A stretch of DNA of 64,000 nucleotides from Oikopleura dioica (taxonomy: Eukaryota; Animalia; Chordata), in assembly GCA_907165135.1 (NCBI GenBank), contig OU015568.1:6076001-6140000 (forward strand). The letters run 5' to 3'. Shown here piece after piece: positions 47,159 to 62,400 of the stretch. The position numbers and the translations under genes are program-made. The first letter of the stretch is position 1. Every line of letters starts with the position of its first letter. Under the pieces are notes generated by a model. The model worked only from the letters and a program-made list of their open reading frames with translations. It was not told where the DNA came from and did no database searches.

Positions 47159-48051
47159 GTACTGGCTCGCTTCTTCCGTTCTCTTCTGCGCGGTTCGCTC
47201 CTCGGGGAATCGCCAGCCACAAAATTATCAATTGTCGCGGAACAGCGCCGCCGCTGCCAGCTCAGAATCGTCGACGACGCTCTCCTTCCCGTTTTGGATT
47301 CAGTTCAACTCCCATTTAATTCATTTATCAAAATTAGAATTAAATTGAGCCCCTCTTTCAAAGCAGTGTATACTTTGCCCTGCTGATAGATCAAATAATG
47401 ATTAAATACTGAATCGACCTTTTCTTTGGCCCAGTTTGATTCAAAAACGAGCCTTTTTCTTGACTCTTGATTTGCATGATAATTTCTAAATGATCATTAT
47501 CGCCAATTCAGCTGCTGAAGTTCAGCTGAACTCTGTCCAAGACTCAAGACAGCTTAGTCTTTACTTTCCGATGAAGAGATGAAATCCCGAGTGTCATAAT
47601 CGGATGACAGGGAATAGGAAAAAGTGCTCATCCGCGATTCCATTCCTTTCAAATTAGCCTCGCCTAGAAATTTCTGATGATGCAAAAAGAGCTAATGTTA
47701 TGTCTACTGCTGGGAAATAAATACAGTATAGTTCGGGACGGTCAAATTTGTAACTGACAGAATGCGCAATTATCAGAATACAATTTTGAGGCAGACGATC
47801 TTTTGAATATTTCATGATTTCAGGTTCATTGTCTGAATCTTCTCGCAACTACGATTTTCCCAACATAAACAATACTTGGTTCTCATATTGGCCTACGTAC
47901 TATCCAAATAATGAACCCAAAATAGCAGCAAGCGCCGCGTGGGTTAGTAAATCCTTGTACCGCTTGTTTTGTATTCTACCGGAGGGTGAGTTGCCAGGAC
48001 AAAAGTAGTAAAAGCACGGTCGAGAAGAAATCCATGTTGAATTTTTAGTTT

Positions 48052-50777
<2,726 letters not shown>

Positions 50778-50891
50778 AAGATTGAAAATTTCAATAAATA
50801 ATTGAGCTTTTTTTTTGTTTATTTGAACTTTTGAAATATGAGTATAAATTCTTCTATTTTTATAATTTTTTGCAAAACTTTAAATTTTTAG

Positions 50892-53149
50892 TCATGAAAT
50901 CGTGGTTAAATTCTGCCGCTCGAGAGTTTCATTGCTGCAAGATTCGATTTGGCCGAGCTCTTTGAGCGATCGAGCTTGCGATCTTCTCGGTCGTCGCGCT
51001 TGACTGTGAATTTTGAAGCCGATGAAAAAAGCGGCCAAGTTTCCGCAAATGGCAATGACGAGAAGAACGAGCGGAAAGTTGGTCACTAGAACGAGCCATC
51101 TAATTTGCTGCCCGAATTTTGTCAAGAGGCCGGGATGATCGACCGCTGAGAATGTTTGGGAGAGCCAGAAAGCTAGAAATTTTGGGTAAAAAGGGGGGAT
51201 AAATGATTATTACCTGGAATGATAGTATTGTTCTTCGGCTTTCCCGGGTGGAAATTTTTGCTGACGAAAGTGTTTAATTGAAAGCGCTTTGCTGCTTCCA
51301 GAATTATCCCCGTCATTGGCTCGACTTTTATGAACGAAGAGTGTTCTTCGATAGACGGCCTGAAAAATGAATAAGAGCTTCGGCTCTGCGTTAATTCACT
51401 GACCTGACGTTGAACAGATTCTCGAGCCCTTTAGCAGCGTAGAGAAAATGAGGAAGCGAAGCAATTAGCGGCGCAGATTCGCCAAACGTCAGCTCCATGC
51501 AGCTCGACAGGTCAATCATCCCGTCTCGATTCGTCAGTCCTCTTTTCCAATAGCCCCGGTTATTTTCCTTCTTCAGCTCTTCCAGCGGTACGTTGTAGAC
51601 GTCCACCTTGATTTTGCTCACTCTCGATTGCTCCGTCCTTTCAAAATACAAGCTCCGACAAAGAAGATCGACGAAAATATCGAGTCGGCTGGCATTTGCT
51701 AGTGGGGGGACCATGGGCGAGTTACTATCAGAGCCTTGAAGCGTGAAAGCATCTGGACTGAACCAGATATCAGAAAGGTCTTTTCGCCCGTTCCAAGAGG
51801 TGATTTTTCCAGTGTCTTTTACATTTTGCTTCGAGGATTTTGGCATTTGATTTGATCAAGCGATCGGCTTTCTGCATCATTTATTTTTTGAGAAAACAGG
51901 CCGGGCCATAGCCGCAAGCGGCTTTCCAGTTGAATTAACGGGCCAAATTTTGTTTATGCGAATTACCGCACTTGCGGTTTTTCGTTATCGAGTTTTAGCG
52001 CGTGTACCCGATCAACCGGATCTGTGAGAAATTCAAAATCCTTTCCTTTCCAGACTTTGCTTCAAACTCAAAACTTTTGGATTCATTTTGATTCATGAAA
52101 AAGCCGAATTCAGTCGTGTCAGTTTGCCCGTACGACTTGAGCTTCTGCAGGACGGGATCCGAGTAGCCCCAGATTACGGATGTAGGGCGCGTAGGTTCTG
52201 CATGCAGACCCCGGGTCTGCAAAATGCAGACCGCGGGTCTGCACATGAAAAAATTGTAACAGAATTTAAGATTAAACAGGCGCTTTGTTGCGCTCCGCGC
52301 CTGATGTTAGAGAAAACTTCATTTTCTAACATTTCTAAATCAAAACGGGCCAAAGGAGCCAAAATTTTGATCGTCAATGCAGACCCCGGGTCTGCATTTT
52401 GCAGACCCCGGGTCTGGCAGAACCTACGCGCCCGACATCCCAGATTACCTCTTCGATCGAGTGCTTTTGGATTAGGCTCCAATCACTTGGGATAAACGAG
52501 CGCGCCAGCCCCTTCATAAACATGTTCATCTTGGCCAGGCGCTTCTCGACGACGAGGAACGGCACGTTGATGTGATAAATCGTCTCTTTGCCAGTCACTT
52601 TGCATTTTGGGTCGTCCTTTCTTTCAGCGAATTTCTGCTTGTTGCGATAAAAGACTGAAGCACTAGTTGAATCACCAAAGGACTGATTATTGATTCAAAA
52701 AATGATCCGGGCTCATTTCTTATTTAGTAAAAAATCAAACGGAAAAGAAAGGAGAATCTGCGAGAACAAACCTGAGTCATTCTCCTCTCTTATGTCAATT
52801 TTCTTCACAAAGTTCGCGAAGCAATACGGCCCGATTTCAGCTATCGCCGGGGTCAACCCTTTTGCCACTTCTGTCGGATTGGTGATGTTCCAGATGTAAA
52901 AGTCGAAGTTGGAATGGATCTTTGCGCCCTCTGGATTTTTTGGTTCCTCCCAAATCTGCCACAAAAGTCCGTTTTCAGAAGAAAGGTAGAATATTTTGTG
53001 GATGATCCAGTTGCAGGCCAGCGTGCCGATGTCTATGCAATCAATTTACAGTCGAAGAGGACTGTCTTTCTACCTGTAATGTAGAGTAAGAAGGAAGCAA
53101 CGAGGATCAACAGCGACAAACATAGCAAAATCCAGAAGCACTTGAGCAT
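50892..53149 (-). CDS. CD36/scavenger receptor class B family protein with an exonic MITE
   Basis: N- and C-terminal TM segments, FYIWNITNP..EIGPY, VIWGYSDP, GSD..PP, CRS and SLPHFLYA. Confidence 0.88.
52178..52440. mobile_element. 263-bp MITE with ~65-bp TIRs and 8-bp TSD (CAGATTAC)
   Basis: GGATGTAGGGCGCGTAGGTTCTG.. / ..CAGAACCTACGCGCCCGACATCC, with palindromic TGCAGACCCCGGGTCTGCA subunits; TSD at 52170-52177 and 52441-52448. Confidence 0.92.
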
Positions 53150-54314
53150 TGGCTGCTTTTCTAAATTTCAGAAATCGAAATTCTCTCCAAAAATCGGTCA
53201 ACTTTTACAAAACTTGGAAGCCATTAAACTCGAAAAACATTGTCTCATGCTAAAGAAAAAAAAGGAGAAAAGGGAGAGTTGTCTCGTTCATCTCTTTGGC
53301 GACGAAAATATCGATCCCATCAAAAAGGCAAGTTTAGGTCGTTGCCGCGAAAAGAGCCTTCATTAGGCGCTAATTAAAAACGATGCAGACGTCGTCATAA
53401 TTATCCGATAATTCTGCAATATGCTGGCAAAGGGGAGCGTTAACGAATTCGAGTTGAAATTACTTTACTTGCTGCTTTCATTTCATCTTCCATTATTTTC
53501 CGCAGGTCATCTCTTTTTCCGAGTCTCAAAGTAGTCAAGATAGTACTAAACGATTGGAGTACCTAGCAGCTATTTTTGTCAGGAGCTAATCCAGAAACAA
53601 AAAGGTCGAAAGAGAATTTAAATTCAAGTGTAGCTCGAGGCTGCAAATAGCATAATCTGCGACAATGATTGAAAGACGGCTTCTTCGAAATTTGAATACC
53701 TGAAAGTTTCTGCGTGTTTTTCATTTTCTCTTTTCGAAAATAACCCGGCGGAAGTTCTTTTCAGACTTTTTAAATACAAAGCTTCTGTTTAGTCGATTCC
53801 GAATCTTGTGATTTCTGCAGCAGTCTATCCGGAGCTCGAGATTAATCAAAATCGTTTTTACGCTTTTTACGAAAAGATAAGTCACATTCTTTTTTAACTC
53901 GCCTTTTGGGCCTTTTTGCAACAATTGCGTAAACTTTTACTGAAAAACGCATGACGCCTTTTTTGTTAAAAGGTGTTCAGTTTCTTTTCAGTTTTAGTTC
54001 AATTTGAGTTGGCTGATTCAGTCCAGCGATTTGCGATTTGAGTCAATCGAACTTTGAGAAAATTGAGCTGGAGAGGATTCTAGCGTCGATTTGCTTGCTT
54101 GTTGTCGTCTGGGTTGAGTCTGTCTGAGTTGAAGTTGTCTCACATCAGCGCTTTTGTCAACAATGTCAGTGTTGTCAATAAATTATTGAATCAAGGAAGC
54201 CTTCGTTGTGTATTTATGGAAATCTGCTTTTATCAATTTTGGTAAGAGATCGTGAATTCAGTTCTTGCGATTACTTTCCATTAAAAGTTAAAATTTTTAG
54301 AAGCTCAGATTTTA

Positions 54315-54566
54315 GAAAGCTTCTTTTGCAACTTTCGACTTTCTAAAGCTGGAATCAGTAGTCAAACCAAGAACCCAAAAATGGACAATACTTTGGCTTG
54401 ACTATTCCATGCTAGAGCAACTTTATTCTTTCAGAAAAGGAGCTATCTTGACAGAATAAAACTGTTCTAGCATGGAATAGTCAACCTGAAATACTGTCTA
54501 TTGCTGGCTACTTGGTTTGACTACTGATTTCAGCATTAGAAAGTCAAAAGTCGCAAAAACAGTTTC
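54315..54566. mobile_element. ~250-bp foldback/MITE-like hairpin
   Basis: TTTTGCAACTTTCGACTTTCTAAAGCTGGAATCAGTAGTCAAACCAAG and TTGACTATTCCATGCTAG each have an inverted counterpart in the right half. Confidence 0.8.
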
Positions 54567-54584
54567 GGCTAAACTTGCTCCCCA

Positions 54585-54800
54585 GTAGCCACGTGGGGCA
54601 GTTCGATCCTACGTGCCGCTAAAAAGTGCCACGACGGGCGGACCGTACTGTACCGTACCACAAGCCTGTCTGCGGCTTCACTAGACCGAAAATCGAACCA
54701 GGGGATAACCAATCGAGGGGCGCGGATCGAAAGCGGCGGCGAATGGGGGCGCCGCGCGGGGGTGGCCGAGCGGCTAAATCCTCCTTCGCCGCGCTGCCCC
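54585..54800 (+). promoter_or_regulatory. GC/CpG-rich putative promoter of the zinc-finger array gene
   Basis: GC-rich island in an AT-rich context with CACGTG and CCAAT, upstream of a probable non-coding exon (donor AAG|GTAACT near 54977). Confidence 0.45.
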
Positions 54801-55154
54801 GGCTCACTTCGACCAACGCAGCCCAGAGAAAAACTCGCCCAACGACTCTCTCGATCTCCCCATTTTAGCGACAATCCCCATCTTTGAATTAACAACGATA
54901 CCCCGAAAATAGAGAAACCCCGAGAAGACTCAACGAAGCTTGTTTTGAAAACAGAAAGAAAACAACAAACAGAAAGGTAACTTTATTTTCACTCAAAATT
55001 ATTGCTTTTGTATTGAATTATTAAGACTGAGTTATTTAATTCTAGATGCTTAAATCCCTCCTAGAGCAATCAAAAAAGCCTCTAGAACTCTTGATTGTCT
55101 GGATTAACGAATTTTCATTCAATTAATCTTTACTCGATGTCTTTTTTCAGAGAA

Positions 55155-56075
55155 ATGGATCTGAACTACCGCGAATCGGACGAAGAAGTCGTCAAGATCG
55201 AGCCCAACTCTTCGATGAGCATGGACGGCCAAGACATGACATTCGGCCTCGGAACCGGCCTCGACCAGCTTCCCTTCGGAGCCATTCCCAGTCAACAAGC
55301 AGTCGCGCAGCCAGCACCCCGAACCCCAGCCAACCCTACTGGCGGCAAGAAAGTGTCTGGGCGAGTAGAACGAGCTGCCAGAATCGCGGAATTATTCGAC
55401 GCTGGATCTCCTCGAGTCCGACTTGACCACTTCGTCTACAAAGGTATTTAAAAAGCGGGTGAATGCGTCTCATTTTGACGGCATTCTTGAGCCGACCGAG
55501 ACATTGAAAATTAGTAAGAAGAGTAGCAAAAGTTGCGTAGATGAGTTTCATAATCGATCGGCTCAGGACTGCGCGATTCTTCCTTTTTTTGATGATGAAA
55601 ATGAAAAGGTGGGGCGGGTCGGCCCGCACGCAACAGAAACCGCACTCCGCGGCTTAAAACCATTGAATTAGTTTTTCGAATTGAAATGGCTCTATTCCTG
55701 CCCCTTTTTAATGAAAAAAAAAATGTTCTGAAGCGACAAAGTAGGCAGTCGTAGGCTCGGCAACCTGTGTAAAAACTGAGTCAGGTCCTGGATCGTAAAT
55801 GAAAAGCTTTTTAGAACCCTGACTCAGGTTTTCTGCACAGGTCGCCAAGCCCAGTCCGTCCGGGCTCACCCTCCCCATTATTTCGTTTTTCGATAAAATC
55901 GGTGACGAGCTTAGTTTTAAAGATAACTCAAAAGAAGTAAGCTAATGTTAAATTCAGTCGATGACAATCCGGTCTTCGACGCTGCTCGAGTCTTTCTGGA
56001 CGGCGAGTGTCAAAACCTTGTCTATTGCTGTGACCCGAAATGCGCCGAAAAACCCACCTTCAAACGATTTTTTAG
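55155..56075 (+). CDS. Constant 5' coding exons (55155-55443, 55958-56075) of a BED/C2H2-like zinc-finger gene
   Basis: MDLNYRESDEEVVKIEP..HFVYK-V|DDNPVFDAARVFLDGECQNLVYCCDPKCAEKPTFKRFF-AG|GCAAG; GC-type donor in phase 2, matching the phase of the downstream units. Confidence 0.75.
55754..55851. repeat. ~100-bp imperfect inverted repeat in intron
   Basis: GGCTCGGCAACCTGTGTAAAAACTGAGTCAGG / CCTGACTCAGGTTTTCTGCACAGGTCGCCAAGCC. Confidence 0.75.
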
Positions 56076-56079
56076 GCAA

Positions 56080-56097
56080 GGGTCACAATCATCCCGC
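56080..56097 (+). promoter_or_regulatory. Putative docking site for mutually exclusive splicing
   Basis: GGGTCACAATCATCCCGC; its reverse complement GCGGGATGATTGTGACCC matches the motif upstream of the array acceptors. Confidence 0.8.
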
Positions 56098-56461
56098 AAA
56101 AATCAGGTTTTTAAAACCGTTTTATTTTTATGTTTCTCCTTTATTACTAACCTCGTCGTTTTATTTCGAAAAAAGACAAAAAGAACAGATGATTTCATTA
56201 TTTTTATTTATCGAATTTTTTTATTCATTCAAATCACCGTGATTTTTTTAATTCAAAATTTGTGCTGGTAAACTCTTTCGCTTGTGCTGGCAAGTTTCTT
56301 TCATTTTTCGTGTTTCGAGCTTCGAAAAAGCTCCAAAAACGAAGAAGAAATTTACCAGTACAAGCAAAATCGAAGAGGAACCAGCTGAAATGCCAAAAAT
56401 CGAGCTTTGAGTCCATAATCGTTGAAAAAAAGGTCCATTTTTTTGTGGCCCTTTTGACCAG

Positions 56462-59400
56462 TGGTCTGCGAGATAAAACACCTCACAAGGGTAATTTTCT
56501 GCGACACCACGTCAATCGCCATTCACAGTTCAAAATTCAAGCCCTGGGATTTATTCAAAAAGGATTCTAGTGATCCTTCGGCAAGTGCATTCAAACGCGG
56601 CCCGGGGAACTTGTCCTCCCAGCGATTGTACCTTCATAAGTTCACGATGCTCACGCATCATACTCGCCACCATCAAGGGTCGGGATTGTCTGCTTTTCTG
56701 GCTCTGTCCTTTTTTCACGAGTATTGTGACCCTCCCTTACTGCCCCTTCAAGCCCGGCGCTGGCTTGTATAAAAAGCGCTACTATCTCAAAAACTATCTT
56801 CTCGCGGCGCATCACAACTGTAAACATCTCAAAATTAGATCGATCTGTAACAATTTCGAGTTGGGATTAGACTCGACTTCTTCCCTTTTTGTGACCCGGA
56901 TCAAGGGCGACCGATAGTTCGAAGTTGAAGCGGCATCACCAGAGAAACCATTTTTCGCAAATGGAGAAACTCTTAGGCCCGGCTTTGTTTTTCACTTTTC
57001 ATGATTGTGTCCCTTCGCTAAAGGGGCCAGGAATCCATGGCTCAGACTAAATTCGAAGCTGAGCACAACATTGAGGCTCGGCGAATGTACATTCATCGAG
57101 GGAGCATGCTCCGCCATCACAACCGGCAGCACTCGCTCGACAGTCAAATTAGACTCAGTGAGATTTTTCTAGGCCTGGGATTTTGAAGTAGGATGATTTT
57201 GATCCTTTCTAGTGGCTTTTCGAGCCCTCTGGCCAAATACTTTCACAAGAGGAACATGATCGGCCACCACAATTTCAATCATCACGGGCGAGAAATACTC
57301 GGATAGGGATTGACTTGATCTTTGTTTAATTTTGTGATCCTCCAAAGTGGGTTTTGTCAAACAACGCTCAGCAAAAGTAAAAAGTTCTCTTTTAAAAAAG
57401 GGAACTTTTTAATTCACCACGACAGAAATCATTTTCGAAAAGATCAAAAGATTCTTCGTAAATTGGCAGGAACGGGTTTTTCTAGTGGGCTTGGTTTTTT
57501 GTACTTTGTGATCCTTTGAAGTGGCTACGATCAGACAAAAAAAGATGATCAGCCAGAACAAGTTCCATTGCCACAAATGGATGTTTATGAAACACCACAA
57601 CAGAAACCACCTCCCGAAAATTTCAGAAACGGATTTTATGTGTTTTGTGACCCTAGATTAGAGGATATAGAGCAGACAATGTAGCGGCAATGACACTTAA
57701 AAAATCGACAATGCTCGGCCACCACCAGGCCAACCACCGATTTATATCCGGTAGAGCTACTGTGGCGAAGCCCAGACTCGTTTTGGGATTTCAGTTTTTT
57801 AGAAAGAACGTATAATTTATTGTGACCCGGAATCAGAGGATACCGAGCTGACAAAGTTTCAAAATTCATGTTTCGAAAAGCGACAATGCTTGCCCACCAC
57901 GAGTCCCATCACCGACTTGTTCCCGGGAGGGGTGTTGGGCGGCCCCGTTCGAATTTCGTTTTGGGATCGCAGTTTTTGATACAATGATTTTTTGATTGAA
58001 TCATATTTTTATTTGAAGCTTTATTCTTAGTTTACTTTGTGACCCAGAAGTAGAGGCTATAGAACTGACAGCAGTTCCATGTTGATCAAAAAGTCCTACA
58101 TGCTCAGCCACCACAAATGCAACCACCGATCTGTGCCCGGCAGGGCCACTGTGGCGAAAAGATTTGTTGTTTCGGGATTTCAGATCTTCGTATTCATTTC
58201 TTTTGAGTACTCGTTATCAATGAACTCTTCCAAGTTCAAATTGTGACCCAGAATTAGACCATATAGAACGCGCGGTAATAGACTGAAGCTCAGCAGGTGG
58301 GACATGGTCGGCCACCATGAGCGGAATCACTCGGAACACGCCGGACTCTCGAAAAAGCAAATCTTGATATGGGATTTCAGATTTCATATTCTTTTCTTTT
58401 TGTGACCCAAATTAGAGGATACAGAACTAACAACATAAAAATGATGCTCAAAAAGTCGAAAATGATCAGCCATCATCAATGTAATCACGGATCTGTCTAC
58501 GGATCTCGCTGGACTGTCGAGAAAACGGATTTACTCCCGTGTAACAATTTTAGGGTAGGGTGGGTTGCGTCATTTCAGCGCTGCGCTCCCGGTACAATAC
58601 CTACCACACCGCCCGCAGCAAGCGCCTTTCTCAAAAAGCGCCATCTCTATTGGATTTTACGCTCGCTGCGGGCAGTGTGGTAGGTATTGTACCGGGAGCG
58701 CAGCGCTGAAATGACGCAACCCACCCTACCCTAAAATTGTTACAAGGGAGTAGTTTTGGGATTGTTAAACCTTTTGAGCTTGTTTTCTGTGACTCTTAGA
58801 AAAGCGGACTTCAGAAAGAAATGTCTTACTTTCACAAAACTAAGATGATGGCCCATCATCGAAATCAGCACAAAGATAAAGTATCGGATTTCAAAATTTC
58901 TTGATCATCTTTTTCGTTGAGTATTTTTCTCATTATTTTGTGACTCTTTCAAAAGTGGATATCAAAAAGGACGGAAAAAAGGCAGCGTATATTTTCATAG
59001 ATTCACGATGATGCGGCATCATAACAATTGCCACGACAATAATAGTGGACTTAACTGGCTGGGAAAAAAACTCGTCGCGTCAGAAGTTTGGGATTAGGAA
59101 CTTTGAATTATTTTCATGTGAAATACATTTGAGCGTTTCTTTTTTGTGACTCTTGGAAAAGCGGATACGAGTCAAAGAAAAATATCTTATATCTCCACAA
59201 AATTGGTTTTACTGGACATCATAAATACCACCACAAGAAAGATAAATCGATTAAATCAGTTATGGGTTCGAATATTTTAAATGTTTTCTTTCCATGATAA
59301 ATTTTTGAATTATCATCAGAATCATTATTTTTCCGGGAGTTTTTTAAAATGAATTTGTGACTCAATCAAAGCGGATATCAGAAAAGGCCAGACCATTCGC

Positions 59401-62400
59401 AATTTTACATTCACAAATATCGAATGCTTCTGCATCACAAAAACCACACCAAGAATCAATCGGCGCCGACAGTTTCGGATTTTACTTGATAAATTTTTTT
59501 TTCAATAAGAAAACTCATTTTTGTGACTCTTGAAAAAGCGGTTATCGAGGCATGGAAAACGGCGTTTTCAAATTTTTGCTGCACAAAAAAACAATGCTTC
59601 GGCATCATAAAATTAACCACGATTATTTTTATTCGCCACCAGTGAGGGATTAGAGACGAGTGACCCTTTCGTAGCGGCTGTTCGATCGACCTTCGATCGA
59701 AATCGTCGAAAATTTTCATCCACAAGCAGAAAATGCTTGGCCACCACAAGAACAATCACACTTTCAAAAAAACAGGGGATCGCTTGGGTTGACCAACGAG
59801 GGATTGGTCGCAGAGAATATTTGTTTAAAAGTTTTAAATTGAGTAGAAGTCAGTATCAATCCTTTTCTGACTTGATTTGTGACTCTATTGAAGTGGATAT
59901 CAGAAAAAGATTCTTCGATCGAAATCATCGAAAATTATCATCCACAAACAGAAAATGATTTGCCACCATAAAAATCATCATACGCCGAAGAACTATCAAA
60001 GTAGTTTTCTTGCCCAAGAAGGGAATCGGGCGTAACATGATCAGTTGTCTTTCTCTTACCCTAGAATCAATGATAATTTATAAATCAACTCATACGTGAC
60101 CCTTGACCTAAGAGGGGCTCGATATATCAAGCCCGCGAAGGATAAAATGATGCGCCACCATGAAAACAATCATTTAAATTACAGTGATAGATTTCCATTT
60201 GCAGGAAGGGATGAATTTTCTTGTGACCTTCTTCAGTGGCTATCGAACGGACTGTAAATCGCTTAGTTTGAATCGTTATGCTATGCTTGCTCATAACAGC
60301 AGAAATCATAAGATTTCGACAAAACAAGTGCGGATTTTATGAAGAATTTTTAAAAAATTATATAATATATTGTGATCCGATAAGGGGCTATGACCCAACA
60401 ACCGCTTGCGGAATGAAAAAACATAATATGATGGGCCACCACAATCGTAATCACGGTAGAAAAATGGTTGAATTGAACATTGATTTCAAAGCAAAGGGAT
60501 TTTTATAGAATCTCATCATCTTTTCGTGATATATTGTGACTCTTGAAAGCGCGGTAGATACGAGTAGGCGTGGAACACCTGGTAGAAATCCTTATGTTCA
60601 AAAGCAGAAAATGTTGCTTCATCATAAGCACAAGCACGAAAGCATAAATGCTAATTGGAGAGTTCAAGTTCGGGATTATTTTTGTGACTCTTATAGAGGA
60701 ATTTACTACAAAGCAATTCATAAGTGTTCGATGATGCAGCATCACAGAAATAACCATTTGAAAATAAATGGCTGCTGCCATTCAGGCTTTCGGGTTTTAT
60801 AGCTTTTCAATTTTTTTCTGTGGTCTTTTTGTGACTCTTTCCAGAGGAATAGACAACAACAGAACACTCACAATTCACAAGAGTTCGATGCTAAAGCATC
60901 ACAGATGGAATCACGTGAAAGTTAACTCAGGCTTTTGGGGTTTTAAGATTTTCAAGAGGAGATTTTTTGTGGTGTTTTTGTGACTCTTGCTAGAGGAATC
61001 TTCGGCAGCGCGAAATTTACACTCAAGAAAAGTGCGATGCTACAGCATCACAGATGCAATCACGCGAAACTTAATTCAGGCTTTTTGGGGTTTAGGATTT
61101 TCCAAAGAAAGCGGTTTTCATCGAAGACAATCATTTTGGGTTTCATACCAGGTAGTTTTCCAAAGTGAAAGATTTTTTCTGTGGTCTTTTTGTGACTCTT
61201 TCAAGAGGAATTTGCAACAACAAAACTCTCTCAATTCACAAGAGTACGATGCTAAAGCATCACCGATGTAATCATGTGAAAGTAACTTCAGGCTTTTGGG
61301 GTTTATGATTTCTCGGAGTGGGCAATTTTTTCTGTGGTGTATTGCGACCCTTGCTAGAGGAATATTCAATCGTTCAATTCACAAATTTTCGATGATGCAG
61401 CATCACAATAATAATCATCACGGGAGAAATAAATCAGGTTTTCGGGTTTTAGGATTTTTTGAAATCTTTTTTTTATGATGTGACCCAGTACAGTCCCTAC
61501 ATTAGATCTTCGATTCACAAGGCAACAATGCTGAGGCATCATAAAGCTAATCATTCCTCCCAAAAAGCAGCGAGAGCTCAAACAGGAAAGCGGGATATTG
61601 TGATCTTTGGTAGAGGCTTCCAGCGTGGTTCCAGGGGAATCAATTCGATTCATAAATGCACTATGTTGAAGCATCATGGTTACAACCATGCGACAACAAA
61701 ATCAGGCCTTTTGGGTTTAGCTATTTCTTCTGAATTCGGGATATTGTGATCTTTGACAGTGGTTTTCAGCGTTCCAGCCATAAGAGGAAAACTTACATTC
61801 ACAAGCAGACGATGCTCAGTCATCATGACCGTGAGCACGGGAAAGCTTTGGAGAAAACACTTTTTAACTGAAATCATGATTTTCGTGACCCTTTTAAGTG
61901 GATTGACTAAGAGACGAGAGCATGAGCCTTTAGGTCCTCATCGAAAGTCGATGCTTAGACATTCTGACACTCATCACGGTACTAATTTTCAACGTAAAGG
62001 CGAGGATTTTTTGAAAATGACGAGACTTTTCGGCCCAATTTTAATAGACGGGATTCTTCGAGACTGAAATGATTGTGACCCAAATTTTTAGTGGAATGGA
62101 GCGCAGAAGAGCTTTCAATACTTTGAAGCCTCAACGCTCAAAGTTCTATCAGCACTCGGATAATAATCATGGCACTTATTATCGGTTCTTACGGGGCGTA
62201 GGAACGGGATTTAACTATTGTGACTCTTTTCAAAGCGGAATGAGGCCAAAAGGGCAATATAAAGCTGATAAAAGTAACATGGAAGTTCACAAGCGTAATT
62301 TCAATTCGCACTCGGACCATAACCACGGAACGAATATTGTTCAGTCCGAAATGTTTGCTAGATTAGAGCGGGATATGAAGAATTAATCTTTCCTTCTTAT

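Noticed and set aside
47350-48050. Short ORFs between the lipoxygenase and GH9 genes
   Set aside because: No homology cues or splice structure; treated as intergenic.
53200-54300. AT-rich stretch with weak ORFs
   Set aside because: No motif, repeat boundary or coding signal I can support.
54585-54780. tRNA-like words (GTTCGATCC; TGGCCGAGCGGCTAA)
   Set aside because: The T-arm-like word precedes the D-arm-like word by ~160 nt and no cloverleaf can be built; this is better explained as a GC-rich promoter.
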